From the human T2T-CHM13v2.0 reference genome, Homo sapiens, in assembly GCF_009914755.1 (NCBI RefSeq), contig NC_060925.1: a stretch of DNA of 64,000 nt, one strand, 5' to 3'. Below the pieces are notes generated by a model, which was not told the origin of the DNA, made no database searches, and saw only the letters and a program-made list of their open reading frames with translations. This document shows positions 28,061 through 42,378 of this stretch, one piece after another. Made by a program: the position numbers and the translations under genes. How positions within the stretch are numbered: the stretch's first letter is position 1; each line of letters begins with the position of its first letter.

Positions 28061-30980
28061 CTTACAAAATGAATGCTAAAAGACCTGGTAGACAAGAAGG
28101 AATTTCTTAGCCTAAATGACCAGATGTGGAGAAGATACTCAAACACTTCAGGGTCCCCAATCTGGTGATGTCACTTGCAGTGGAATTTCATATGAATCCA
28201 GTGTGACAGAAGTTGCCTAGTCAAGTTGTAAGTCCTCTTCTCTGGGTCACATGTTCAAATACTTTTAGGGGACAGATAATGCAATATTTAAGATACAGGA
28301 AGTGATGAGGACTGTGGCACACTGGAGAGTTTGGACTCCAAGAGTAATTAATTCAGTTGAAAAAATCAACAGCACTCTGTTGATCAAGCAAACTTTCTAG
28401 GGGCCCTAATCCACCTGGGCCTGCAGTATGTAATTCCATAACTCATGGGATGCCATCAAGAGAGACAATCTACTTGATTGCTAAAGGGCCTTTGTTTTCT
28501 TTGGAGTTCCCCAGGAAGGAGAAATGTATGTGTGTGCAGGGGTGAGGAGGGGGGAGAGTGAAGAAACAATACTATGCCCTTAAAAATGTTTGTCAGTTTT
28601 CATTATGAAAGAAGATCAAACGTGCCCACTCCAGAAATCTTGGCATATGCAGTTATTTTGAAGCCATTCAGCGTTCTTCAAGATGTCACAATGAAAAGAG
28701 TGATGATTTTTTAAATAAAAAATTAACATGTTTCTCTTGGCAATGGGACTTTCTCACCATACTTTTAAGTTACATCACTTATTATGTATTCAAAATACTG
28801 ATTTTTTAAAAGTATGTTCCTTGGAGCCCTGGGAACCTGCCTCAGGAGCTGGGGTGGCTGTGGGGAGGGAGTATGAAGGGAGCTGAATGAGTTAGTGAGA
28901 ATCTGGGTCTTCATATCTTTTTTAAAATTGTGGCTGCTTTTTTCTGTTCTGTATAACAACTCTTTTTGAAAACAGTTTCATTGTTGAGTTTTAAAACCAC
29001 TGACCTAAAATAACCACCAATTTAACGTAAGTATAACTTCATTGAGTTTTTTTGTATTAAAAAAATTAAACTCCATTTTCTTCATGGATTAAGGTGATCC
29101 TACTAGGATATTTATTAAGCATTGTCTCTGCTGTTCTTTTTGCTTGCCTTGCTTTATCCCGTGTTTCCAAAAAATACAAATAGGTATTTTGTCAGCTATT
29201 TTACATTTTATAGCAGGGAAAACAGAGGCTTGGGTGATTTAAGTAAGTTACAGTTAGTAAGAGCCATAGGATACATTTCGGTGTAAGTCAATGTTTATGT
29301 AAGGCTTAAGGGACATTGGTTGAATTGGCATGACTAGAATAGTTGGGAATGTTTGGGAATGGGGAGAGATTGCTAATGGGATGTCTGCCAGGGGCAATAC
29401 TGAAAATCTGCTGGTTGGCAAAGGTAGTGCCTGAGCCCAGTGCTAACCATAGTAGTTGGAAAATTGTGTACGTTGGCTGTGGAATCCTTATGCAAATATT
29501 TGTCCAATCCATCTAAATTTCTCTCTGCAGCATTTTTAAAAAGACATATAGCTGAAATTTTGTCAGTCCTAAAAATATTTTGTATTTCTCTGCCCAGATT
29601 TGCATTTGGGTAGATCGTGCTGTAGAAGATATATCTTGCTTTAAGATAGCTGCCACTGATTAGTTTAGTCTATTTTAATCAACTTATTGCCTTGTAATCT
29701 TTCCTTTTTCATTCTCTAAATTTCTGAAATTCTATCTTTCATGTTCCCCAGGAAAGACTAGTAAGACGTGTTTTTATTAATAAGACATTATCCTCATTTC
29801 ACCATGACATAATTTGGGCTTTCTGTTCCAAGTTATCCTACTTGAATGCTGGACACTTCCACCTGAATATTTGTCATTTTCACCTCAACCCAGCACATCA
29901 AAACAATCCCTTATTACCTCTTTAAAAGAAGCTTCTCTCTCCAGCCTTTTCCTAGTCAGTATCACATCTTTTGAGACAGGTATGGGGATTGCTGTTTCAG
30001 ATTTCACCTCAAGTCTTCCTCTTCTGGTTCCTGAAGCTCCGGCAACCTCTGCTTTGAAACATTGTTGGCCTCTTCATCCCATCCCATGTCAATATTTAGC
30101 CCATGCCCTGTTGGCTTTGACTTAGCTCAATCACCTTAACCCAGTGTCTTAAAATTCTTGATTTTGAGTTTCTTACCCATCCAGTTTATTTACACCTGAA
30201 CTCTTTAAGCATGAAATTAATCATTCTTCTGTTCAGAAGCCTTCGAATGTGACCACAGCTTTTTCCATATAGACCTAAAACTTATATTCTTGGCCTTTGA
30301 GAGCTGCCTTCCCTACCCACTGATATATGTTTCTCATGCTTCCTAACACCTACATGCTTCTGTTTGCTTAGTGACCACCCCCCACCCACTCATCAGCAGT
30401 TTGTATTAATTTAGTGTAAAGCTGTGTAAAGTTTATTGATTGATAACATCTGTGTCAAGATCATGGTTTTTATTATAAAGAGCAGTTCATTGTGTTTTTT
30501 CCTTGCCCACGAATGGTATCTCTGTTCATTAGGATACATAATATTTTATGCATAGGAGGATAGAGTGAGAATATGAGTAGAACAAAGTAAGAATGAGAGG
30601 AGAGAATAGTGAAATTTGAGGATAGGATGAGAATGTGAATAGATTTATGTCCATCCATTACAAGATTAATAACCACAACGACAAAAGTCTTGAATGTTAT
30701 TTATTTGCATATGAGTGATATTTCAGTTTGTGGCTGATACCCTTTTGGTATTAAATGGAAGATGACAAATCATTCAATATTAATTTTAGAGGGAGACATC
30801 TATTGAAACTTTTGTGCAGTCAGGTCAAGTTTCTGTGTACAAAAATTAGCAGAGAGGTTGCTGCTGGTTGACTTCCCCTAGGATGGTGTCTTTCTGAACA
30901 TTTTGAAATGTAGATTGAAAAGGTGGATTTGTCAACTAACTCTGAAGTGCTGTAGTTAGTTGTGTTTTCATCATTGTTTT

Positions 30981-31266
30981 ATTATTTATTTTATTTTTAA
31001 GATGGAGTTTTCGCTCTTGTTGCCCAGGCTGGAGTGCAGTTGGTGAGATCTTGGCTCACTGCAACCTCTGCCCCCTGGGTTCAAGCGATTCTCTTGTCTC
31101 AGTCTCTCAAGTAACTGGGATTACAGGCACACACCACCACGGCCAGCTAATTATTTTGTATTTTTAGTCGAGACGAGAATTCACCATATTGGCCTCAGGT
31201 GATCGGCCCACCTCGGTCTCCCAAAGTGTTGGGATTATGGGCGTGAGCCAGCCACGGTGCCCGGCC
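30981..31266 (-). mobile_element. AluS with small internal deletion
   Basis: Reverse Alu; TSD tgttttatt. Confidence 0.9.
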
Positions 31267-34239
31267 TGTTTTATTGTTTGTAAAACAAGTACAGGTTGTT
31301 ATTATCCAAGAATTGTTGATAGAGTATATACTGTATTTGAAGTGTAGAACTGAGGCAGAGGCTGATTCATATAACTAGTTTACATTTGTTAGCCTTTCAC
31401 ATCTGTGAAGGAATAAAGTACAGACAAAAGTGGAAAACAAACCAGGAAAAAAAAATTGTGAAGCACAGAGCTGCTTAAAAGAAAAAAGTCACAGAAATAA
31501 GTCAGTATTTTGTTTAGAGACTAGAACTCCAACTGCTAGCCAACTGCCTAGAATATAGTAAATATTTTCTAGTTTCTTAAATGACTAGTAATATTCCTAC
31601 ATTATGTGATGGCATTTCCCAAACTGTTTAATTAGATGTTAGATTTGTAGCCAAATATGTCTAGGAAATGCTTAAACAATATAAAACGGTTTTAATGATT
31701 GGCTTTTTAGAACGTTATATATTAGTGTGCTTTATGCATATCCAAGAGGTGAGTGAGGTATTTGGGGTTTTTCAGACTTACTTGATTACAGATCTGGAGT
31801 ATCTCAAAACAGTTGTTTTGTGGAAAACACTCTGGCAAACTCTGAGTCTTAGTCATTAAAAATAGTTTTTGGGTAAACAACAGTGTAATAGAGATGGAAA
31901 TTACTGATTCACATTGAGCCATGAAGAATTTATTTTCAGCAATTTTTATAGAAGTTGCTTTATGACAAAGAAAGCTTTGGTTAACTGGCATTTGGCATTT
32001 CATACCCCTAAATTTTCTACATGAGGATTTATTTCTCTGGTTCTCTCACTTTCTCACTCAGTTATACTGAATTCATTTATGATGAGCGCTCTCAACCATT
32101 CTTATTCATCAAAGCCCTGAAGTTGGCAGAGCCCTCTCTGGTACCTGATTAGAAGTCCGTCTTCCATCTCATAGGGAAGTGTTAGAGATGGATAATGTTT
32201 CTGTGTAGCAGAAGTAGTCATTATGTCCCCTTAAATTCGGTCACTTTGACTGCAGTAGAGCTTCTTAGTGAGCAGTCTGTGATGGAGTATACTTTCGGAG
32301 AAGCTCATGGTGGGGGAAATCTGGAATTTATCTAAATATTTCATTTCTTTGATAAATTACATTAAAAAATTAATGAGAGTATCTATTTGGTGAAATCATT
32401 TTCCTCCACGTGACCAAATGAGAAATTTAGTGAAAGATTTAAAATCATTTTTCAGACTTTTTCCACATTAGTCGGGAAGCAAACCCCTTTTTTAAGGCAA
32501 TGTCAGTTATTAAGCTTTAGGGAACCACATGCCACTTTAGGTAACACGTGATTGGAGAGATTGAAGAGTGAAGTCCCTGCTTTAAAGTGTACTCCTGTGG
32601 ACACAGTAATACATATATTTAAAATGGTTCATGTTAAGAGTAGGTATATTTCTATCTAAATACTCTGTAGCTTTTGTGATTCAGGGAAATGAGTGGAGCC
32701 TCACAGGCACAAGAATCTAGTAAATTCTAGGTTTCTTGTGTGGAAATCAGTGGGCAAAATCTTAACTGAGTGAATTCTTGATTATTGGTATCACATTTGT
32801 TAGTCTGTATGTATCTGTGTCATCGATCTCCTTAAGAAGAGACTCGTAGATATTGACTGGGAGACCCAAGCTGAATGCTAAAATCTGCTCCATGGATATA
32901 AGCTGATGCAGTCATCATTTCACATTAAAATGTACCACAGCTATATATGCAGCAAAAAAAAAAAAGAAGTTAGTCCCTCCAGCTGAAAAGTGGTCATTAC
33001 TTTATTATCACCACAGAATTTGAAATGATTTCTGTAGTTAACAGTCAGATTTTATTTTTACTTAACTAAGACAAAGTGAATAATTCACTGTGAGCCAAAT
33101 TCTTTCTTGATTCCTCTTTTTGGAGCAGTCCATCTTTATGGGAAAACCAGCCTAGAATGGTGATTTCAGTTTCAGGTGATTTCGATAGAATTGTATTTGG
33201 CTCAGAAATGATAAGACTGGGGCCAAGAAAAATTTTAAACTTTTTTTTTTGTAATCATATTACTAGTTTGATTTCATATGAACTTCCTTTGTTGACTTTC
33301 TTTGCCATTAATTTAAAAGTTCCAGTATCCTCAATATTTGATGTCTTATATGTACAGAATCCTTTCCAGCTGTAAGTCATCAGCAAGTAAAAAATTTAGT
33401 ATGGCAATAGTTTTCATAAGAGGTTTTTTAAAACAGAAAAATGTTGACATTGCCAGCCTCTGGGTTGCATTTTGGGATATGCTACATTTCAAAGGTATCT
33501 TTTAAATCTGAAGGCAAAGACTTTTTCAACATCTGAATATTCTGATTTACAGAAATTAAAAAAAAAAACCCCGGAACATTACACGGGCATATAAATTTGA
33601 ATCAGGAAAATATAAAATTAGCTGATTATTTTTATTCAGTAAAAGTGCCTTGGCACAGAACTAAAATTGATAACTTATGGTTTTAGCATGTAGATAAGTA
33701 CATGAGAGTAAATCACATTTCTATATGAATAGAAATATCCACTTTATTCATGTATAGATTATAAAACTATACTAAACAAAAAGTAATCATTTACTATTAC
33801 AAAAATTATTAAGAACCATTACAAAAATTCTCTGCCTACTAATTTTCAATCACCATAGAAATACAGTATTTAATAATGCTGCTGCTGTACTTACATAAAA
33901 CATATTAAGAATAGATGTTATATTTCTGTGTTTGAATATTGAGCTTAAACATAAAACATGTTTGAAATGTGTTTGTGTGTGTCTCTCACACACACACATA
34001 ACATGTACATACCTGAAACTCATACTGCAATTGCAACACATCTTAAGTTTTTCCTTTTAAACATACCAAGATAACATTCTAAAATGAAGAATAATATCTA
34101 TGTCTCTCTTCCTACTACATACTATCTCTCTATTTATATGCAATTGCTATAAACATATCTTCATATTTGATATATATAGGTACATATATATGGATAGATA
34201 AATATAGATATATGAGAGAGAAATGGAGATTAGAGATCT

Positions 34240-34465
34240 ATGTTTGCCATAAATCATACTTGTTAACATAAACCATCTGATTAAACTGATATTTTGTGGC
34301 CCAAGACCTGAGACATGCAAAACTATTCTTAGCAGATAGAATTTTCTAAAAGCTGAGAGCTCATTCTCCAGGAGCTGGCCAAGGACCAGTCCTAAAGGCA
34401 GACCTTTCTTGGAAATGTACAGAGTCTGGGCAAACAAGACCTGCTGAGTTAACCCTTTCCTATAC
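34240..34465 (-). mobile_element. LTR fragment (MER21C/MER77-like)
   Basis: Reverse strand begins tgtataggaaagggttaactcagcagg. Confidence 0.55.
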
Positions 34466-34707
34466 ATATGCAGACGGTATTCAGCACAGGGCCTGACAGA
34501 AGGCAGTGTTTGTTATTATTATTCATAGCATTAGCCCATTTCTTGTTGTGAGCAACATGAACAAGGAGACTAAGGGGAAAAAATGCCCTTTTTTAGGGTG
34601 ACCACCCTAACTGATTTGAAAGTCTACAATTTTTTCAGTTTAAAATGGTATTTATTTGTAACATGTACTATTATTGAATAACAATTTCTAATAAAAAAAC
34701 TACGCTA

Positions 34708-34781
34708 GTTTTCTGCCTATGGAGAAGCCACCTTTTTATTCTTTTACTTTCTTAATAAGCTTGCTTTCACTTAAAAAAAAA
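34708..34781 (+). mobile_element. Tiny MER41-like LTR R-region fragment with A tail and TSD
   Basis: ctgcctatggagaagcca...actttcttaataagcttgctttcactt followed by A9. Confidence 0.6.
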
Positions 34782-37700
34782 TCTACCCTACATATACACA
34801 AAAGTTAAAAAGCAGCAATAGTGTACATTGGTCAGTATAAATGCATGCAGTTTTCTTTTCTTCAGTGTACAAAGTCCAAGTCTAAACCTTTAAAATTTTT
34901 AGAGTCTAGCGATTCTCCAGACTCCATACTTTTCGTTGTTATCAGATGCCAGCGTTAATTGCCTTTCCTTTCTTCTGTTTTGGGTTCCTGATCTTCATCT
35001 GTGTCTTTAAAACAGATTATTTTCTTTAGATTTGAAAGGTTGGGTTTTTGTCTTCATTTCTTATTTGTTTAGCCTTGTATTTCCCTTTCTTTAATTGAAT
35101 TGTGTTATTGAAAATTAAATAATTTATCTGTGAAGTCAAAAATCCTGTTTCAGGGTGGGCTCTAGAGCCTTCCTCTTGGGCCATATCCTTAGAAAGCCTG
35201 TGTGTATTCTGATACATTTGGCAATTTCTACTGGCTTTTCTTGTATTGTCTGACCCCTTTTTATTTCAGCGGTGCATCCTGGTCTTACCCAACAGGCAAG
35301 TGGTGACTCCAGTGCAGGTGACGCAGAGGTGACACTAGAATGAAGTGAAATATTCTGTTGAGGGCTAAGTTCATGTTTTTGCTGACAGTGGTGGATAAAT
35401 GTCATGGCTTCCCCCTGCATAGTGCTTAGGACATTTCTTTTGATATGTGTTTTAGAGAAAACATAAAACTTGTAATCAGGAAAATGCAATAACGGAAGAA
35501 ATGCTTACTTGAGTAACTAATGTGAGTTAGGCAAAGAAGATACAAATACTTCCCATTTCCTACTTCTAAATTACAGTCAAATTGTCCTAAGCAAATCTCT
35601 CATTGTCTCCATGTAAAAGATATAGAGAAGCCATTAGAAAAAGGTGGCTGGAACAACTTTATACATACAGCCTGAATGAACTGCCTCATCATTTATATGT
35701 TTGAGGAAAGTGTCTGTTTGATAATTTAAATTAAGTTTAAACTGTCATAAACGGAGAGCTGTACAGATTCTGTGGGAGAGGATACTGGGGTACCAGATAC
35801 TCATTACTAGGCTCTCCACTCTGCCTTCTTCAATACTCTGGATCGGTGCCTTTTATTCATTTTTTTCACAACTTCCTCCCCTTTGCTCACATTCTTTACA
35901 AGCTTCCAGGATTTTTTAATTTTATTTTATTTCTTTCCACAATGACTCTCATGGCTGTTGCTATAGTTGCTATAAAAGGCAAGGTGGGGAACAGACAGGT
36001 GAATGAGCACAGAGGTCATTTGTAAACCGTTTGTGGTTAGTGCTCCTCTGTTTACTGTCTGTCTGTCTCTCTCAGTGTCTCTGGGTATGTGTCTGTTTAC
36101 AACATAAAATATATGCACACAAATCTCCAATTTTTCTAGAGTAACTATTAACACAGTTAAAATCTGGAAGAACTCTATCTTTTAAAGGAAATACCAATTA
36201 GCAAATAAAAGAGTTGATTCCCCCCAACTCTCATTCCCCAGAGCTTGCTTAAGTGTATGGTTTGCACACATTCCCTAAATAAAAACATTGCTGGCTCATA
36301 ACTATGCTTCACTTTCATAAGCCTTCCAAATGTTAGTAACTTAGCCTTCTCCTTTTGAAGGGTTAGTCTGTAAGTGATACTGGAAGCCATGTGGTAAGAA
36401 AGAGGACAGAAGTATAAAATCAGACTCAGAAAGTAAAATCTGGCATATTTGGCATAGATCCATTCAGCTTCGTATACTTTGTTAGGACCCGAGGGCATGC
36501 CTGATTTTCATAAAATCGATGCACTGTTATTAAAACAAACAGGTGAAAATCACTTTTGTTAAACTACTTGACAAGGCATCTGACTACCTTAAGTGTGTTA
36601 TAAATTTTGCAAGTGGTTAAAATTTTATGCTTATGAATTCAAAAGATAGACTTTAGTTAAATTAAAAACTAATTTATGTAGATATTTTCCCTAATAATAT
36701 AGCACAAATGGGTTTTATTTCCAACTGAAAAGAGTATTTATTACCATGGATATAACTAGAAGAATCATATAAATATATGTAATTCCATTAGAAAATATTT
36801 TTCTTAAAATTTGAAATGACAAGAACTTAATGAATCTTAAATATCTCTTGTTTTATTTTGAAAAATTGTTTTCATAAGATACAATTGAGCAATTGAGATT
36901 TGTTCTCCCAGTATCTGAAGATTTTTTTGGTCTTGTTTTGTTTTTTGGGTTTTTGGCCCTAAAATTAGGTGAATTCAGCTTTGGGTCTATTTCATCCATT
37001 CTGGAAGGTTCCCTGGGTCACTGATCTGAGGCATTCTTGATGTGGTTAGGACTTCCCAGCATTATTTTTTTTAGATCCTGTTTATTTAAAATGAAAAGGA
37101 TTAGCATGAGGGATGGTAACATTCCTTTTTGATATCTGTAGCAGCAAGTTTTCTTATGATTCATTATTCTTCTTCTTACAGCTTTAAATCATCTAGGAAC
37201 TTCATATAAAATTTAATTCCAGTTTCAACTAGTTGTGGAGCATTTGATCCAAAATAAAATGAAAGTCCTCTCTGAAGCTGTAGAGGAGGCTCAAGAATCA
37301 GAACAACCTGAAGTTCTTTAAGCTGTCAGTTGAAGGACTAGGTAAAAAAACAAATATCATTTAGTGTGATCATTAATGCACATGAGTCATTATTCCATGT
37401 GGTTGCTGTCGACTGGTCAGGGGCACTTCAAGCCCTAATCTGTACTTTGTCCTGTCTCTCTACACCCCGTTCTACTTTTTCAGCTTGTTGCCTGTAATAT
37501 GTGAATGGAAATAAAATAATCAAGCTTGTTAGAATTGTGTTCATAATGACACAAAAGACCTGAGAGAATGTAAGAACATATAGAACATCCAAAATAAGAC
37601 ATATTTTTGGTTGGTTTAAAACCTTTTTGTTTGTTTCATTTTCTTCTGTGCTTAATGTATAGTTACTATTATTTCATATCCTTTGACTTACAGGTTTGAC

Positions 37701-40594
37701 TGCAATGCAGTGTGAATATCGCACATGGGACCATTTGTCATACTGTCAGATGGCAATACATAGATGGATAGAATTTTGCTGTTTGATCAAAGCTGTGCCA
37801 TCGGAAACTTGTTTTCCCAAGTATGGGTACATTCTCCTCTTTTCCTGAGTGGAGAAACCTAGATCTGAGCAAAAAGCATGAATCAATACACCTTGGGAGG
37901 CAGGGTGTGAAATATTTGATGCCATTTCCTTTGCTTGTAAATTGTTCATTTCATTTGAATATAAATATAAAAGGACTTCTACCAAGAACATGAAACTAAC
38001 ATTTTGCCAAGCTAAATTTTAATGAATTTATTTGGACGTTTTTATAATCACTTAATATTTTCAGTTCATGTGCTAATATTAACTCTACTTACTGGAGAGA
38101 AAGAAATGGTATTCAATATGATAACTGCCTTGTTACTGCAGAAATGTAGAAGTTTGGCATTTTAAGTATCAAATATTTTAAGTCAAAAAATTACCAGTGT
38201 CCCACAGCACAGAGAGAGAATATATGTTTGCTTGTGTCCCTTTAATCTTTCCCCTGTAAAATTAAGCCTAGGGGCCTTACACTATTTTAAATTTTCAAAA
38301 TTAGGTCATGTAAATGTTGTGTCAGATTTCCAATTCATAAGTAGTATACTTATGAATACTGAATAGTGAACATAGGGTACATTTATATCCTGCTGATTGC
38401 TTAGCTGTGGACCAGAGGTAAACAGAGAATGAATGGTATTTTCACAGGTTAGTAAACTGTTTTTCTATGATCTCTTATATACAAGTGTGATTAACATTTT
38501 TTCCCCCTTCCTGAACTAATATAGGAACATATGGTCTAATAAGTGTGAGTTCATTTGGGGAGGGCAGGATAGAATGCTTGAAATTAGGACTGACCCAAAA
38601 AATGCCTTGGTCTCAGTATTTGTGGATTACGAGGAGGAAGGGCTGAAAAGGAACCTTAAAAGCATTAGAATGGTAGAGTACAGATTAGCAGCAACACTCA
38701 GGGCTCCATCATGAAGAGAGTGAGATGAGTTCCCATGGTTAATGCAGCAGGGGCTCTAATTGAAAGCCCTCTACCTAGGAAATGATTTAAATCCTTTTAT
38801 CCTAGCTGGATTGTGAACATTTTATTTACTTTGAGGAAGTTGTTTAACACTTTTTGTAGATTGCATCAATATTTAGAGTAATGTAAATACATTTTCCCTT
38901 TGGCTATTTTACAAGGACATTGAGGATTAATTAAATTTAAAAGAAAGTAGTGCAGTTAACTCCCAGGAGACAGAGGGAGATGTTTATCATTTTTCTCATC
39001 ATTCATTCCTTATTCATTCATTTTACAAATGTTTGTTGAATAGTAATTATAATGAAGATACTATACCAGCTTCCTGAATTGGGAATACAAAGATGAAGGA
39101 TGAGAGTGACTTCTGCCTTCATTATGTTATGTGTTCATATTTTCTTTTTAAAATTCTCATTATAATATGAGTAATTGTGCAGGGATTTAATATTGCTGGT
39201 CTCAGCAATAGTTGATCTTTGATTAACATCTCACTGACACATATTTTCACTGTGTATATTTATTTTTCCTTTCTAAATTTAGAACTACTCTTTATCTTCT
39301 ACTGTAAGAGATATACAACATACTTTTGTTTTTTTCTATGTTGTAATCTGCAGTTTTTTTAACCAAGAATAAACACAAGTTCTAATAGCAAACAGAAATA
39401 AACTCCCTACACATTACCTTCTCCATTAAAATATGTTTTATGCCACATGCAGAATTTTAATATTATATAGTTATTTGTGAAAGTATAACTAAATAGAAAT
39501 TTTAAGAAAGAATGCCTCTAATATTCATATCTTAGCACTAAAGAAGCATATATTATTCTGCAGATTGAATTAAAATGTTAGTTACCAAGATATGAACTTA
39601 GACATTTTCAGTAAGCATTTATAGGCTATTCTAGTGGAAAACTGTACACAATTTCCCATGAGGCTGGTGAAGGTTTCTTAGCTTAAGCGACTTTTTAGCT
39701 GGTTCTTGGATTTTATTAAATAATATTTGAATGAACAGTTTTGACTAACAGCCTGAAAATATTAATCTTTCCTCTCAGTCTGAGCAAGCGAAAGTAGATA
39801 AATTCATATTGTATGTCTGATTCTCTTTGGGTTTGAAAAGAAATAAAGACTCTACTTCTAAATTAGCATAGAAAAAAGGAGAATTTCTCTTGATTTATTT
39901 CTCAGTTTGGGTTTGTGCTTTTGAAAAAGGAAAATAATGATCCTGAAATCAGTAGGCTTTGTCTTTGCCAAAAAATGTGGACATGTTGATCTTAGGGGGG
40001 CTGATTATATAAAACAATAGAAATGTAGTCTTAGATGAAAATCTGTAAAGATGTAAGAATGCTGAACTAACATGAAAATCAGGGGCTGAGAAAATGCTGG
40101 ATTGAGAATAATGTGATAATGAAGGTTTTATATATATTCATATATTCTCTTCAACATACATAATGTCATAAAAAGGATAAAACGCCTAAGTCTAGTCTTG
40201 ACAGAGCACCAGCTTAAATCACATGAGCCTATCAGAGAACTTATGACAATATTTAGGGCTAAACTGATGTTACTGGTGAACCAGTATCTGGAATGATTTC
40301 CATAACTCACTTAACTTGCACATTTATAATGTGGACTTTAAAAAATAATTATCAGGATGGCTACTCTGAAGCCAGGAGCTTAGGAAGTGTCACAGATGGT
40401 ATATATTTGTATTCCTGCCTCATGTCCCTTTCCCTGAAGTGGCGTGTGGAGTATGAGGGATTACGGTGTATTTGTAGGTGGTGTCCCTGAAAGGCTATCA
40501 GGGGACTTCTGGTTCTGCTTCAGTTCTGTTTTGTGAAGACAGTCAAGTGATTTAAGGTCTCTTGCTTCAGCCATCCCACTTAGAAAGCAGTTGC

Positions 40595-41440
40595 TTTATA
40601 GTCCTTTGGGTATATACCCAGTAATGGGATGGCTGGCTCAAATGGTATTTCTAGTTCTAGATCCCTGAGGAATCGCCACACTGACTTCCACAATGGTTGA
40701 ACTAGTTTACAGTCCCACCAACAGTGTAAAAGTGTTCCTATTTCTCCACATCCTCTCCAGAACCTGTTGTTTCCTGACTTTTTAATGATTGCCATTCCAA
40801 CCGGTGTGAGATGGTATCTCATTGTGGTTATGATTTGCATTTCTCTGATGGCCAGTGATGATGAGCATTTTTTCATGTGTTTTTTGGCTGCATAAATGTC
40901 TTCTTTTGCGAAGTATATACCCAAAGGACTATAAATCATGCTGCTATAAAGACACATGCACACGTATGTTTATTGCGGCACTATTCACAATAGCAAAGAC
41001 TTGGAACCAACCCAAATGTCCAACAATGATAGACTGGATTAAGAAAATGTGGCACATATACCCCATGGAATACTATGCAGCCATAAAAAATGATGAGTTC
41101 ATGTCCTTTGTAGGGACATGGATGAAATTGGAAATCATCATTCTCAGTAAACTATCGCAAGAACAAAAAACCAAACACCACATATTCTCACTCATAGGTG
41201 GGAATTGAACAATGAGATCACATGGACACAGGAAGGGGAACATCACACTCTGAGGACTGTTGTGGGTTGGGGGGAGGAGGGAGGGATAGCATTGGGAGAT
41301 ATACCTAATGCTAGATGACGAGTTAGTGGGTGCAACGCACCAGCATGGCACATGTATACATATGTAACTAACCTGCACAATGTGCACATGTACCCTAAAA
41401 CTTAAAGTATAATAATAAAAGAAAAAAAAGAAAAAAAAAA
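40595..41440 (+). mobile_element. L1PA2-like element with 5' inversion (antisense 40595-40912, sense 40913-41440)
   Basis: ORF2 peptides on both strands; TSD agaaagca(g/a)ttgctt at 40582-40596 and 41441-41455. Confidence 0.95.
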
Positions 41441-42378
41441 AGAAAGCAATTGCTTGAGACTACTTCACTGTAAGCTCCTTTTTTTTTTTTAAATAAATGC
41501 AGATTTTATGATATTCCTGATCATTCTCTTTGCACTTAGTTTTAAAATGTTATTTGCAGTTGATTAGAGAGTGGTGATAAGTAAGCCAGGATTTCTGGAA
41601 TGCCAGGGCACTGTCCCCATGCATGGAAAACTGCACAAGAGCTTGTGTGTCTTGATATTCCCACATGTCAGGATGCCTTCATTTGCTAATGACAGAATAC
41701 CCAACTCAGACTGGATTAAATAAAAGGGGATTTTCTTGCTTATTTAACTCTAGATTCAGTGGTAAATGGGTTTCTGGGTTGATTGGTTTGGGGCCTAACA
41801 ATGTCTTCGAGGACTTGGTTTCTTTTCAACAGTCAGCTTTTGCCTTCCTGTGAGCTAGCATTGTTTCCCATGGGATTGCAAGGCAGCTGCATACAACTCC
41901 TGCAGTTCTTCCTTTTCCATATCCAGAGAGGGGACGTCCTTTCAGACGCTGATTATTTTAGGTGTAAATTCCATGTCCCATCCCAAAACAAACAAACAAA
42001 CAAAAAAACATCTAGGGCATGTCTTATTTGAGGCGCTTAACAAATGACTGGATCATCTCCCTTGTATATAACCCAGAAAACACTGTGAAGTAGAGCAAAA
42101 TTGGAAAGCCCAAGTCAAAGACCATTTGCAAATTTCAAGTAGATTCCAGTCTGTTGCTCAAATCACAAAACATAAAACGGAGGGGTCTCCCTTGGAGACC
42201 ATAAAGTCTGTGACATGGTGGCCAGTTGGGTCACTGGAAAACATGGCAAAATATTGAAAATGAGGGATTAGGTGAGAGTGTAGCAACTGAACACTAAATG
42301 CTTGATCCAGGTGCCATTCCCTGGATACTGACAGGGAGACACATTGTCCAGGTAATACTGGAAAAATACTTTCTATAG

